DNA from: the human T2T-CHM13v2.0 reference genome, Homo sapiens
Length of the DNA stretch: 64,000 bases
NCBI RefSeq assembly: GCF_009914755.1
Contig: NC_060948.1
Strand: one strand, 5' to 3'
Positions 44,311 to 62,684 of the stretch are shown one piece after another. The number at the start of each line of letters is the position of its first letter. Position 1 is the first letter of the stretch. Below the pieces are notes generated by a model that worked only from the letters and a program-made list of their open reading frames with translations, had not been told where the DNA came from and did not search any database. The position numbers and the translations under genes were made by a program.

Positions 44311-45443
44311 CTATTTATAATACTGTCTCCTTATTTTGCTGTACTCTGTATTCTAAATATTTATATTATTTTTTGTTAACGCTACTTTCTCACTATTCAT
44401 TGGGAAATAGGTTAGATATATTCATATGGTCCTGTAATTGTTATTTTAAAGTATGGATATTATAATTTAAATTGCTTTTTTGCTTCTAATATGTCACTAA
44501 ATCTTGTAGCTACATATTTAACCATTAACTAGTATACGGAAGTTCAATGATTATACAATGGCAAGACCCTACCTCCTCTTCCACCAATATATGTTAAACA
44601 TAGAATTAAAGGAACAAAATTAAAATGACTATCCATTGAAGGATAAAATAATTGGTCAAAACAGGTTAACTTGAATGTCATTAGGAAAAAATGGTACTAA
44701 ATTCAAAATCATTAGTGATGAAAAAGTAATTTTAGAAAAAAGTACAGTATTATTTTCTTATAAGAAGCTTAACTTAAATATATGAATTGGCATGTGTGGA
44801 GAAAATGCCCAATATCGGTTCACTATTACAGATTTACAGGAGGTTATCTGTACCTTACAGAAAAGTAATTGCACGGTTAGGTGTGAATTATGGGAACAAC
44901 ATAATTATTAGACATTCTAAAAAGCATGATGTCTCTTCAAATAAAATATCATGTTACTTATGTTCCACTTTTAGCACACACATAACTGCTTTTGCTAATT
45001 GATAATCATTATTTGTTATTACTGAAAGTTTGCTTGAGTTTGGCTTATTGATTTTTCCCCCATTTCTTCCTGATCTACCTTTTTGTCCTCCGTCTCTTTA
45101 TTTCCTGCCTTCATGCATCTGAAAAGAGATGACTATTTGGAGGGTTAAATTATTATGAGGTGGTCATGATATGAGAAAGGTTACAACACAGAGGGTTACT
45201 CCACATTTGTACTCAGAAAATTCGTCAGTTGGAAAAACAAAAACAAAACAAAACAAAAAAATGTTTCTTCTGTTTTCCAAGAAAGTAAGCAATTTCTGGA
45301 CATTTCCCTGGGTAAGATAATGCCTGAAGCTTCTTGATAAAAAGCTAAAAGAAGAAATTTTAGAAACTACGAAATAGAGGCATTTGCAATGTGCTATGGT
45401 GTTCACTCAGGAATAACATTTTGCTCTTCATTTAATAGCAGGG

Positions 45444-45893
<450 letters not shown>

Positions 45894-47359
45894 TTGCTAT
45901 TGGAAGGCAAATTGTTTATATTCATGACATCTGTGTTGTTTTTAAAAATGGAATTCTAAAACTTATGAAATATGTGAGATTTGACCTTATTTTGGAAAAA
46001 AAAAAATTGATCATTGTCTGGTAGCTATAATGATCTGGCAAAGTCATGATAATGTTTCTTAGACTACATGGCAAATAAAGCCTAATGCCAAAGACACACA
46101 ATTGATCAGATGGCATTGCTTCTTGGGTCTTGAATAAAAAATATTTTATAATGTAAATGATTCTTAAGGTTATCATACGAAAAACATGTTTTTGCCATTT
46201 AGTTTTTGGTTCCATATGAAAAAATGGCTCTATATTATGAAAGCACATTTTGGAATCTTTCAGCTGACAGAGACTTTGGGATTAAAGATATCATTATCTA
46301 TAACCCACAAAAGAATACTCGTTTCTAATATATATGCCCACAAAACCAACAACACTGGTTTATAAAAAAAGAGAGAGTGTCTCATTATGAGCTCAATTTT
46401 CTATAATCTGACACTGTGTGAATATAGTTCAAGATGGAAATTTCTTTCATTATAATTTTTTAAAACTGCTATGACCTTGTCAGCCACATTGAAATAACTA
46501 GAAGCAAAATTTATGCTTAAAACACACTGAATATGTACATTTATTAGAGAAGTTAATAGTATTTGAAATGAGCCATATTTCACTCTATGATGATCACAAA
46601 AACTTTGAGCCACACAGCATAGTCATTATAGGGATTGATCCAATGTATTTTATTTCATAAAGGAGTACAGGTACGTTTTACTGTACAACCACATTCTCCT
46701 GAATCTAGGTACTAGGAATATAGGAGCTGGAGGTAAATTATCTAATATAGTTAGCAGAAGTTACATTTCCTTAACACTATTCATGGATTACCTAGGGCAA
46801 ATTATGATTCATTCTTTATTGCAAAAAAAATTCATTTTATGTAGCAAATTATGTCTACGACTAGTATTTTAGTTATTATTTCCCCTAATGTAGATTTCCA
46901 AGGGTACTACATGCCCACTAATATTTGGAAAATATTGACTAGAATTGCAATAGCAATTTGGTTCCTAATTTTCCTGTTACTGCATTTGTGGCATTCCTAA
47001 AAGATATCACCCACTTAGAATGCATGTCTTATTTTATTAAGCTATTCTCTCCATGAGAAAAGAGGAGTAGCGAAGCTGATATAGTACACTTCATGTTTCA
47101 CTCTCAAATCACATTAAAAAAAAAAAAAAAAAAAAGGCCTTAAGTGGTTTAAGCAGCCACACACACAAAGAGTGGCATATAATGAGAAGCATTGCAGTAT
47201 CTGCAGAGGCCACTAACTGAGAATGACACAAAGGACATAAAAATAGAGAGCATACCTTGAATCTGAATTTTTAGGGGGTATACAGTGATGTATAGAGAGA
47301 GACAGTTGGCTCTGAAATTAATCAGATATTATAATTTGCTGTTTTTGTCATAATTTTAA

Positions 47360-48515
47360 ATTTTTAACTATTATAGGCATTGTATATATTGTATGGACAT
47401 TGTATATGTTTATGAAGTACATGTGATATTTTCCTGATTCTACTCTTTTAGTTATTTTGAAATATACAACAGTGATTAACTATAGTCACCATACTGTGCT
47501 ACTGAACACTAGATTTTATTCCTTCTATCTAACTGCTATTTTTGCACCCGTCAACCACCCCCATTTTATCCTCCCTTCTGCATCACTCCCTTTCTCAGCC
47601 TCTGGCAACCATGATTCTACTCTCTATTTCCATGAGTTCAATTTAAAAAAAATAGCTCCCACATATGAGTGAGAACATGCAAAATTTGTCTTTCTGTGCC
47701 TGGCTTATTTCACTTTACATAATGTCCTCCAGTTCCATCCATGTTCTTGTCAATGAGAGGATTTTTTTCTTTTTTATGGCTGGATAAATTTCATTGAGTA
47801 TATGTGGTGCCAAGCAAGAATGGGCTGCTTGGGGACCCAGCAAGCTCCCAGGACCTTTCCGCTGCTTCCTCTAGCCCTGTATTTCACTTGGCTCCCTAAC
47901 TTGACTCAACACCAGGTGAAGTCAGAAACCTCTCCTGCAAAGAGACATTCAGCTTCTCCAGGGGAGGTGTGTGTTCAGGAGAGGAGGATCTACCTTTGCC
48001 ACTTCCACAGTTGGGGCACTCACAGTATTTGAGTTGTCTCCCCAGTCCTGCAAAAGCAGTCCACTTCCTTCAGAAGGTGTGTAGGTCCTCTCAGGATTGC
48101 TGGTTTCTTCTTGCAGTTGATCTGCAGCTAAAACTCACAATGCAAGCCTCTGCATGCTGCTCTGTTGAGAGCTGCAATCCAGTCCTGCTTCCTGTCAGCC
48201 ATTATCCATTGTGTATAGGTACCTCATTTTCTTTAGCCATTCATCTCTTAATGATCACTTATGCTGAATCCATGCCTTGGTTATTGTGAGTAGTGCTGCA
48301 GTAAACACGGGACTGTTGATGTCTCTTCCATATACTGATTCCCTTTCTTTTGGGTGTATACCTGGTGGTAAGATTACTAGATCATACGGTAGTTCTCTTT
48401 TTAGTCTTTTGAGAAGCCTCCTGACTACTCTCCATTGTGGCCCAACTAATTTACTTTCCCACTAACAGTGTACAAGTGGTCCCCCCCCTTTTTTTTCCAC
48501 ATCCTCACCAGCATT
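47360..48515 (-). mobile_element. L1MA-like 3' segment, interrupted at 47806-48206
   Basis: 'tttgaaatatacaa...ttaactatagtcaccatactgtgc...ctcccacatatgagtgagaacatgc...ttccacatcctcaccagcattt'. Confidence 0.8.
47806..48206 (-). mobile_element. Isolated L1PB(a)-like 5'UTR insert flanked by a 14-bp TSD
   Basis: Minus strand begins GATAATGGCTGACAGGAAGCAGGACTGGATTGCAGCTC; flanks are CATTGAGTATATGT (47792-47805) and CATTGTGTATAGGT (48207-48220). Confidence 0.7.
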
Positions 48516-48725
48516 TGGGTAATTTCATCTCATGCAACTTCATCTGACTGTGTTCTTTCATTTATTCTTTCCACAATTTTTAAGCATCAGTGCTGTGTCA
48601 CGTAGCATAGTAGGCTTGAAGAATAAGAAAATGTTTCTGGTTTCAAAGATCTTGCAATCAAATAAGAAAGACAGATAAATAAATGAAGGGTGAAGGCATA
48701 GTGCCATGGCACCTGGAGGAAGAAA

Positions 48726-50043
48726 CTGCCATGAGATGCTGCTATGAAAACTTCAAGATGGTTGGATGGATTCTTACCCTATCTCATGTTCCATGAGAAG
48801 CAGAGGTCAAGACAAGAGTAAACATGCGGGGATTTTCTTCTGCAAAATGCCAGTGTAAGAGAAAATGAAGAGAAAGCTATTTGCCTCTTCTTCTGTCTCT
48901 TCCATTTTTATATAAATGGATTTGTTCAATGGGTGCCTGTATTGACTGTCTTTTTCAGTTGGCGTGATGTTTTCAACATGTATCTGTGACGTAACATGCA
49001 TTGGTACATCTTTCTTTTTGTTGCCAAATAAAATTTCACTATATAAATTATCACATTATATTCATCCATTCATCAGTTTATGCTCTCTCACTTCATTTTA
49101 CAATCTCAATATACAACCTCCTGATTCTTATGCTAGTTAAAAAAGATCTGTCCTGGGCCGGGCGCGGTGGCTCACGCCTGTAATCCCAGCACTTTGGGAG
49201 GCCGAGGCGGGCGGATCACGAGGTCAGGAGATCGAGACCATCCTGGCTAACACGGTGAAACCCTGTCTCTACTAAAAATACAAAAAATTAGCCAGGCGAG
49301 GTGGCGGGCGCCTGTAGTCCCAGCTACTCCGGAGGCTGAGGCAGGAGAATGGCGTGAACCCCAGGGGGCGGAGCCTGCAGTGAGCCGAGATTGCGCCACT
49401 GCACTCCAGCCTGGGCGACAGCGAGACTCCGTCTCAAAAAAAAAAAAAAAAAACAAAAAAAAAAACAAACAAAAAAAAAAAAAAAAAAAAAAAAAAGATC
49501 TGTCCTCAAGTTTTCCTATCTCTATCATTGTGATCTCTTTCCTCTGACACAATTCTTGGTGTTTGTTCTCCAGGACCATAATAGGTACTGTGAAGATTCA
49601 CAGTTAGCTCCTCTGACCTCCCAGCTCTAATTTTCAGCTGTTGGACAAGACCCAGTCTAGCCACTTACCCCTGACAATTATAAGGGCATGATTTTCTTCC
49701 AGCCTTCCCACTTGTATTAAACCAAAGTGGGCCACCATATTTCTTTCACTGCACATGGAGCACACTCGAATGTGCCCCAGAATCTCTGATAGGCATATTT
49801 ATCTTGCATGTAGTTCATCACTCTCTGATTTTTGCTTAATTAAGTATCAAATTCTGTAGAAGTTCAGTTCAGGAATTTCACTTCTGTGTGTCCAGTGAAG
49901 CCAATACTGCACCAACAAATGCTCAGGTAATAAGAATAAAATCTGGGGAAGAGACGCAAATCAACTATCTGAAGTCAGAAGAAAGTAAATACAAGCGGGC
50001 TGATTTTGGAGGGAAGTTGGTACCTGGATAAAACAAACCACAA
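48726..50043 (+). repeat. Left arm (verifiable part) of a large inverted repeat, probably Y palindrome P7
   Basis: Reverse complement of 62685-64000; ORF-track translations are mirrored identically (48807-49001 vs 63725-63919; 49001-49183 vs 63543-63725). The arm probably extends further left, but its partner lies outside the window. Confidence 0.97.
49156..49496 (+). mobile_element. Young AluYe-lineage element (left-arm copy)
   Basis: CpG-rich, with GGCGAGGTGG, GAACCCCAGGGGGCGGAGCCTG and GACAGCGAGA diagnostics; 16-bp TSD AAAAAAGATCTGTCCT (49139-49154, 49491-49506) at a TT/AAAA site. Confidence 0.92.
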
Positions 50044-50368
50044 TTTTGAAGTTTCCATTCTTACAGATTTTAGCCAGAATATACATCTCAATTAACACTT
50101 CAGCTAAAATTCATATAGAAAGCCTATGGCTTTTCTAGCCAGAAGAAATTAAAGAATTGGGGGCAACTATATGCTTGGAAAGTGAAGGGGTACATCCCAA
50201 AATGAATATACTCACACACAAAGAACCCTAAATTCTGTGTATACATTTGTCTCAACTCTCTAGATGAGACGTATACAACATAGTCAAATAATCTCAAACA
50301 AAAAATAACTAATTTGAAATTGTATCTTCCATCCAGAAACTGTGTAGGTATTTGGTGTCTAATGAAAG

Positions 50369-50685
50369 TATTTTCCAGAAAAAGGGATCTCAATACAGAT
50401 CTCAAGAGAGGGTTCTTTTATCTCACTCAGGAAGGAATTTAAGGCAAGTCACTTGTGGTAAAAGAAGCAAGTTTATTAAACATATATTGTTATGGGTATT
50501 GGGACATCTGGACTTCCTTTTGTTGTAGAAGTGTTTCCTGGTAGGTGTCTTTAGGTTGTTTCTTCAACTATAAACATCTTCCGACCATAGTCATGACTGA
50601 CCAGAAATATGCCTTGCTAGTTTTAAGATGGAGTTGATTTTTAAATGGTGTCACTCTGACTCTACTAGAAGCCTGCTTCCTTACA
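50369..50685 (-). mobile_element. Short ERV1 LTR (MER41/MER57-like)
   Basis: 'ccagaaaagggatctcaatacagatctcaagagagggttctt...aagaagcaagtttattaa...cctgcttccttaca'; perfect 4-bp TSD AAAG. Confidence 0.7.
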
Positions 50686-50707
50686 AAAGCAATTATCTGG
50701 TTAAATG

Positions 50708-50710
<3 letters not shown>

Positions 50711-50750
<40 letters not shown>
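50711..50750. repeat. (AC)20 microsatellite
   Basis: Seen directly. Confidence 0.95.
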
Positions 50751-50753
<3 letters not shown>

Positions 50754-52802
50754 ATACAAATTAATAGGGCCCTCAGTAACCTCAAAATAACATTTCCAAT
50801 ATTCACAAAAAAGTCAAAAGTTACTCAAAGTACAATGAATGGGGAATATGGGATACATCCTCAAGAAAAAAGACCATCAACAGAAATCAGCCCACCTTTC
50901 CATCAAGAGGAACCAGATGTTGGAAATACAGGACAAGGTAGTTGTCTGTGACAGCCATTATAATATACTTCAGATGGATAAGGAATATATTCCAAGATGA
51001 CTGAGAAAATAGAGAATCTCAGTAGAAAAGAAGGAACGATGGAAAAGAAAATCCAAGTGGAAATACTGAAAGTGAAAAATATAATACCTGAAATAAATAA
51101 TTAACTGAATGGATTTAGCACAAGAATGGATAGAAAAGAATAAGTTATCCTAAAGACAGATTTCTAGAAAGTATTGAGAATGACAGAGGAAGACAAGAGA
51201 CATTGCAGGAAATAATCATACCACCTGAATCAGTATCACAATGTAGGAACGATTTAGCTAATGTGTAGTTGGAATCTCGGGAGGAGAAAGGGGTGGGGAA
51301 ATGCTACACTAAATATGATTGAATAAAATTTCCCCAATGCAGTGGTTTATACCCACATTCAAAAGTTTAATAAACATCAACAGAATAAACAGTAAGAAAA
51401 GCATATGTAAACACAGTGGAGTCAAACTGCTGCAACACAATGGTAAAAAGAAAATCTTGAAAGCTGCCAGAGGAAAATGATGAATTATTTATGCTTTAGA
51501 TAATTGCCCAGTCTGCTTCACAAATATGGAGACAAAAAGACTATGGAGCCACATTTTTGACATGCTAGTTAAAAATTATTGAGTTTTATATTAAGCAAAA
51601 GTATTCTTTAAGACTGAAGGTAACAAAAATTACTTTTAGGGAAAGGAAAACTAGAACTGCATCACTTGCAAAACTGAATGATATGAAAATCTAAGAATTG
51701 AAGGTAAAACTTAGATCTTAGAATGAGTAATATCAGAAGTGGTAAATATCTAAGTAAACGTAAAAGCCTGTGTAATGTACAGTAAGCTGGGGGGGGGAGT
51801 TAGTAAATGAACCTGAATATTTGTGAGTTTTCCACATTTTATGTGTGGTGGTACAATATTAACTTTAGGCTATGAAAACCTAAGAATGTGTGTATTCCCG
51901 GTATTAGCAAGCCAAGATGGCCGAATAGGAACAGCTCCAGTCTACAGCTCCCAGCGTGAGCGACGCAGAAGATGGGTCTGCATTTCCATCTGAGGTACCG
52001 GGTTCATCTCACTAGGGAGTGCCAGACAGTGGGCGCAGGTCAGTGGGTGCACACACCATGCGTGAGCTGAAGCATGGTGAGGCAATGCCTCCCTTGGGAA
52101 GTGCAAGAGATCAGGGAGATCCCTTTCTGAGTCAAAGAAAGGGGTGATGGACGGCACCTGGAAAATCGGGTCACTCCCACCCGAATACTGTGCTTTTCCG
52201 ACGGGCTTAAAAAACGGCTCACCATGAGATTATATCCCGCACCTGGCTTGGAGGGTCCTACGCCCACAGAGTCTCGCTGATTGCTAGCACAGCAGTCTGA
52301 GATCAAACTGCAAGGGGCAGCCAGGCTGGGGGAGGGGCGCCCACCATTGCCCAGGCTTGCTTAGGTAAACAAAGCAGCCAGGAAGCTCGAACTGGGTGGA
52401 GCCCACCACAGCCCAAGGAGGCCTGCCTGCCTCTGTAGGCTCCACCTCTGGGGGAAGGGCACAGACAAACAAAAAGACAGCAGTAACTTCTGCAGACTTA
52501 AGTGTCCCTGTCTGACAGCTTTGAAGAGAGCAGTGGTTCTCCCAGCATGCAGCTGGAGATCTGAGAATGGGCAGACTGCCTCCTCAAGTGGGTCCCTGAT
52601 CTCTGACCCCCATGCAGCCTAACTGGGAGGCACCCCCCAGCAGGGGCACAATGACAACTCACACGGCAGCGTACTCCAACAGACCTGCAGCTGAGGGTCC
52701 TCTTTGTTAGAAGGAAAACTACCAAACAGAAAGGACATCCACACCAAAAACCCATCTGTACATCACCATCATCAAAGACCAAAAGTAGATAAAGCCACAA
52801 AG

Positions 52803-53818
52803 ATGGGGAAAAAACAGAACAGAAAAACTGGAAACTCTAAAAAGAAGAGCCCCTCTCCTCCTCCAAAGGAACGCAGTTCCTCACCAGCAATGGAACAAAG
52901 TTGGATGGAGAATGACTTTGACGAGCTGAGAGAAGAAGGCTTCAGATGATCAAATTACTCTGAGCTATGGGAGGACATTCAAACCAAAGGCAAAGAAGTT
53001 GAAAACTTTGAAAAAAATTTAGAAAAATATATAACTAGAATAACCAATACAGAGAAGTGCTTAAAGGAGCTGATGGAGCTGAAAACCAAGGCTCCAGAAC
53101 TACGTGAAGAATGCAGAAGCCTCAGGAGCTGATGCAATCAACTGGAAGAAAGGGTATGAGCGATGGAAGATGAAATGAATGAAATGAAGTGAGAAGGGAA
53201 GTTTAGAGAAAAAAAATAAAAAGAAATGAGCAAAGCCTCCAAGAAATATGGGACTATGTGAAAAGACCAAATCTATGTCTGATTGGTGTACCTGAAAGTG
53301 ACAAGGAGAATGGAACCAAATTGGAAAACACTCTGCAGGATATTGTCCAGGAGAACTCCCCCAATCTAGCAAGGCAGGCCAAAGTTCAGATTCAGGAAAT
53401 ACAGAGAACGCCACAAAGATATTCCTCGAGAAGAGCAACTCCAAGACACATAATTGTCAGATTCACCAAAGTTGAAATGAAGGAAAAAATGTTAAGGGCA
53501 GCCAGAGAGAAAGGTTGGGTTACCCTCAAAGGGAAGCCCATCAGACTAACAGCGGATCTCTCGGCAGAAACCCTACAAGCCAGAAGAGAGTGGGGGCCAA
53601 TATTCAACATTCTTAAAGAAAAGAATTGTCAACCCAGAATTTCATATCCAGCCAAACTAAGCTTCATAAGTGAGGGAGAAATAAAATACTTTACAGACAA
53701 GCAAATGCTGAGAGATTTTGTCACCACCAGGCCTGCCCTAAAAGAGCTCCTGAAGGAAGCACTAAACATGGAAAGGAACAACTGGTACCAGCCGCTGCAA
53801 AATCATGCCAAAATGTAA
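52803..53818 (+). pseudogene. L1 ORF1p (RNA-binding/chaperone) remnant
   Basis: MGKKQNRKTGNSK start at 52803; TGA at 52947-52949 and further disruptions; C-terminal RRM/CTD region open to ...LQNHAKM* at 53818. Confidence 0.9.
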
Positions 53819-53881
53819 AGACCATCGAGACTAGGAAGAAACTGCATCAACTAATGAGAAAAATAACCAGCTAACATCATA

Positions 53882-57804
<3,923 letters not shown>

Positions 57805-58369
57805 TAATGCTAGATGACGAGTTAGTGGGTGCAGCGCACCAGCATGGCACATGTATACATATGTAACTAACCTGTACAATGTGCACATGTACCCTAAAAC
57901 TTAAAGTATAATAAAAAAAAAAGAATGTGTGTATTCCCTATTGTAACCACTAAAGATAGCTCAAAATCCAATCAATAATTGATAGTAGAATCTAAATACC
58001 CGATTAATGAAATAACTTGTTCTACAAATCCCCCCAACACAAGTTTACCTGTGTAACAAAACAGCGCCTGTACACCTGAACTTAAAGGTAAAAAAATAAA
58101 ATCACAAAAGTCGTCAAAAAAAGGGACAAAAATAAAATCAAAAGATAAATATTAACTTATAATAAATATTGATGGATTAAAAAAATTCAATAAAACAAAT
58201 AGACACAATGGGTCAATAAGCAAAAAATACATAGTCTATAAACATGTATTTTATACATAGTCTGAATGCAAATGGATGGGAAAAAATATACTGGTCAAGC
58301 AGCAAGCACAAATGTGCTGAAGTGACTGCATTAATATCAGATGGAAATGGTAATATATGTCTCCAAAAA

Positions 58370-59815
58370 GACTTTATAAGAATGTTTATGGCATAGATTT
58401 ACACCTAGTAGCCTGCAGTTTAAAATTCTCCAAGTGAAGCATTAGTCACAGTAACCAAGATATGGAAACAACCTGAATGTCCATCCACAGATGAATCGAT
58501 AGAGGAACTGTGGTACATACACACAATGGAAATATTATTCTCCCATAAAAAAGAAAGAAATCCTACCATTTGCAGTAACATGGATGTACCCAGAGGACCT
58601 TATGCTCACTGAATTAAGCCAGCCACTATTGGACAAATACAGCATGATTCCACCTATATAAGGCCTTTAAAATAGAACGGCGATTGCCAGGGATTGGGGG
58701 GAGAGAAAATTGAGAATTGTTTTTCATGGGTATAAAGTTTCAGTTGTGCAAAATAAGTTCCAGATATTGCTGTAAAAAATAGTACCTGCAGTTAACAATG
58801 CAGTATGGTGCATTTAAAAATATGTAAAGAGAATATATCTCATTCTAAGTGTTATTACCACAAAATATGTAAAAGGAATACATCTCATTCTAAGTATCTT
58901 TACCACAAGGAAATTTTCAGAAGTGTTGGATTTGTAATTTTTAGGACCTTGATTTTGATGGGGGTATCATGGGAATATACATATGTTCAAACTCATTGAA
59001 AGGTCTACATTAACTGTGTGCAATTTTTGGTATATCATTTGTACCTCAATAAAGCTTAAAGAAATTATCCAAGTATACTTTAATTGGAATATGTAACCAA
59101 ATAAATAACCAAAGTTTGGTATTTTCATACAAATATGTACTCTGGAATACAAAGAATAGACTAACAGTATACTTAAGAAATAGAAAAATCACAAAAGTCT
59201 TCTGCAGAGTTAAAGAAATATTACACAATAGAATGTGTAGTGTATTTTTCTACTTAAAGAAAGTTTCAGGATGGGAAAAACTAATCTATACTGGGAAAAC
59301 CGGAAGATAGCTGTTACCTCTGAAGGGGGTTGAGATGGTGTTGCTGAGGCTAGACTTGACTGGAAAGAGAAAGACAACATTTCTCTGAGTTGGCAGTATT
59401 TCCTATCTTGAAAGGGGTTTGGTTTTGCAGATGTACATATTTGTCAAAACTCAGAGAATGTATGTTAATATGTGTGCATCTAATTTCATGTAAAATCTAC
59501 ATCAACAGCTATAAATAAATATTAATATGTAGTTCCTGTTTTGCATGCTAAAAAATGTAAAAAGAAATGTACTTATGTGTGAAATTTGCTTTGAAATGAA
59601 TCCAAAAATAAGATGGGTGAATGAATGCATATAGGGATGCATAGGTAGATAGATATTTCATGGAAATAGTACACTAGTGTATGAACTTAAGAAGACTATT
59701 TATAGTAAATTAAAGGGAGCATCCAACCTACCACATATATTGTGGTAGGTGGACGATTACTTTAAAATTTTTTCAATGTTGCCTTATGTCTGAAATTTTT
59801 CTTAAATAAAATATT
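58370..59815 (+). mobile_element. Cluster of old L1M (MB/MC/ME-like) 3' end fragments
   Basis: 'ccaagatatggaaacaacctgaatgtccatc...cacaatggaaatattattc', 'tacctcaataaagc' and 'catatttgtcaaaactcagagaatg'. Confidence 0.65.
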
Positions 59816-61003
59816 GAGGTCAGGGACTGTCAGCTCAAATTCTATTTTCTGTTTGAAGCCTTGATTTGAAGTTCTTGCTTTGTTTCCCTAAAATCCTGTC
59901 CTGTTCATTCACTCAGCAGTTCAGAATTTAGACACTCTTGGTGCATAACATGTATCAGTCTGTTATACATCTTTGTAAGTGTTTTTCTGCTACCTTCAAG
60001 AGATTGCAAATCACCTAAAGAAAAAATGGTATGTTCTTTCACTTTCTTTTTCTAGTTCAGAGCATACAATATCCCCTAGGTTCTTTATAAGTGTGTATTA
60101 ATATTAATAAGTGGCTTTTTTGTACCCTAGAACTAGACAGTTATTAATATTATCAATTCATAACTTAAGAAGAGCTACACTGTGTGTTTCTTTCAAAATG
60201 TCACATGTACCTCATAAATATTTACTACCATTATATATTCATAATTGAAAATAAAAATAAAAATAAACAAATAAAAAAGTAAAAACTGCATCACTTATTT
60301 AAAAATACTATAACAATTTTCATAACACTTTTATGGTTGGAGGAAGGTAAAACATTTATCTCCACGTAGTTTTGTTTTTTTAAGAAAATGAAACGATCTC
60401 AGCATTTGAGACCAAAAGTGCACTGTGTTGGGTGGAAAACAATGAAGCCCTGGAAATATAGAGTCAATTCTTTCTGATCTCTCTGTAGCCTCTACAACTT
60501 CAGGAAGACTAGAGCTGGTACAAATGGAAATTTCTCCTTTGGGCTCCAATTTAATCTAGTCATCTCACTAAAATGCAGATGCTTTAAACTTTTGCATAAT
60601 CTGAGAACCAAGTTGTCTTTTTCCATGTAGTGAGAACCTTATCCTGACTCACTGAGAACATTGACAATTGAATAGTCATCTGAAATTATACAAAAACATA
60701 ATAAATCTGAAGAAAGATGAGGATATATGTATAATTGTCCCGGGCAGAACTAAGAATCACAATTTGTAACTTTACTGACAAACACAAACCCAGGATGGTA
60801 CTCTGTAAGCAGTTCTCAGATTATCTGTTTCATTGTTTTGATTCGTTTGTTTCTTTTCTGCAAATAACATGAACCGGTGCTATTTCTGTATTCATTCACT
60901 TTGCCCTGTATTACAACATTTTCCCCCAAGGTTTTAATATTTTTCTCTTGGGTCTCAATGATTCTGCAACTTTTACAATGGTATGTATGCTTTTGAAGTC
61001 TTA

Positions 61004-61237
61004 GTTTTGTTTTGTTTTGTTTTGTTTTAGAGGGAGTCTTGTTCCGTCACGCAGGCTGGCTGAAGTGCTATGGTGCTTTCTCAGCTTACTGCAACCACTG
61101 CCTCCCAGGATCAAGCAATCCTCATGCCTCAGTCTCCAGAGTAGTTGGTACTACAAGAGCATGCCATGACACCTGGCTAAAGTTTGTAACTTTAGTACAG
61201 ACGGGGTTTTGCCATGTTGGCCAGGCTGATTTCGAAC
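61004..61237 (-). mobile_element. 3' two-thirds of an Alu (S/J-like), cut by the L1 insertion
   Basis: (GTTTT)n tail, right monomer and linker; stops at 'ccaggctgatttcgaac' next to the L1 poly(T). Confidence 0.85.
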
Positions 61238-62280
<1,043 letters not shown>

Positions 62281-62590
62281 TTATAAGCTCATTAAAATTC
62301 CCTAGAAGATAATCCACAGTATCAACAACCTTCAGTTAATAATATGAATAATATGTAAATAAATTATTATCTGGATTTAACAAAGAAAACTTGCAATGCA
62401 GGAGTAGGTTTATGTTTCCTCTGCATCAGTCATTTGAGAGAAATATCTTTAAATATGAAATTGCAAAACCGAATCCTGTTTGTGTCTTTGTCTTTGATAA
62501 TGTTCAAATATCAAGGCTCATAAGTATGATCTTCAACAAAAAGGAGCATAATGGAAAAAACTGCAATATCTTTTGAAGATTTTTAACTCA

Positions 62591-62678
62591 GGCTGGGCAC
62601 AGTGGCCCATGCCTGTAATCCTAGCAGTTCTGGAGGGCAACCTGGGTGAATCTGCTGAGGTTAGAAGTTTGAAATCAG
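62591..62678 (+). mobile_element. 5' 88 bp of an Alu left monomer, the apparent missing part of the Alu at 61004-61237
   Basis: 'ggctgggcacagtggcccatgcctgtaatcc...gaggttagaagtttgaaatcag', then ends abruptly. Confidence 0.82.
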
Positions 62679-62684
62679 TTTCTC

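Larger units (their letters stand above)
49875..51899 (+). mobile_element. Old L1M 5' region/ORF1 remnant spanning the left inner arm boundary
   Basis: A-rich decayed L1M 5' and ORF1-like motifs ('gaaatactgaaagtgaaaaatataatacctgaaataaa', 'agtcaaactgctg...aaagaaaatcttgaaagc.gccagag'); continues after the young L1 from about 57939. Confidence 0.6.

Noticed and set aside
48807-49630. Short ORFs duplicated identically at 63098-63919
   Set aside because: They result from the inverted duplication and partly from Alu sequence; there is no evidence they are coding.
58817-58906. Diverged ~45-bp tandem duplication in an L1M 3' fragment
   Set aside because: Old local duplication inside a decayed repeat.
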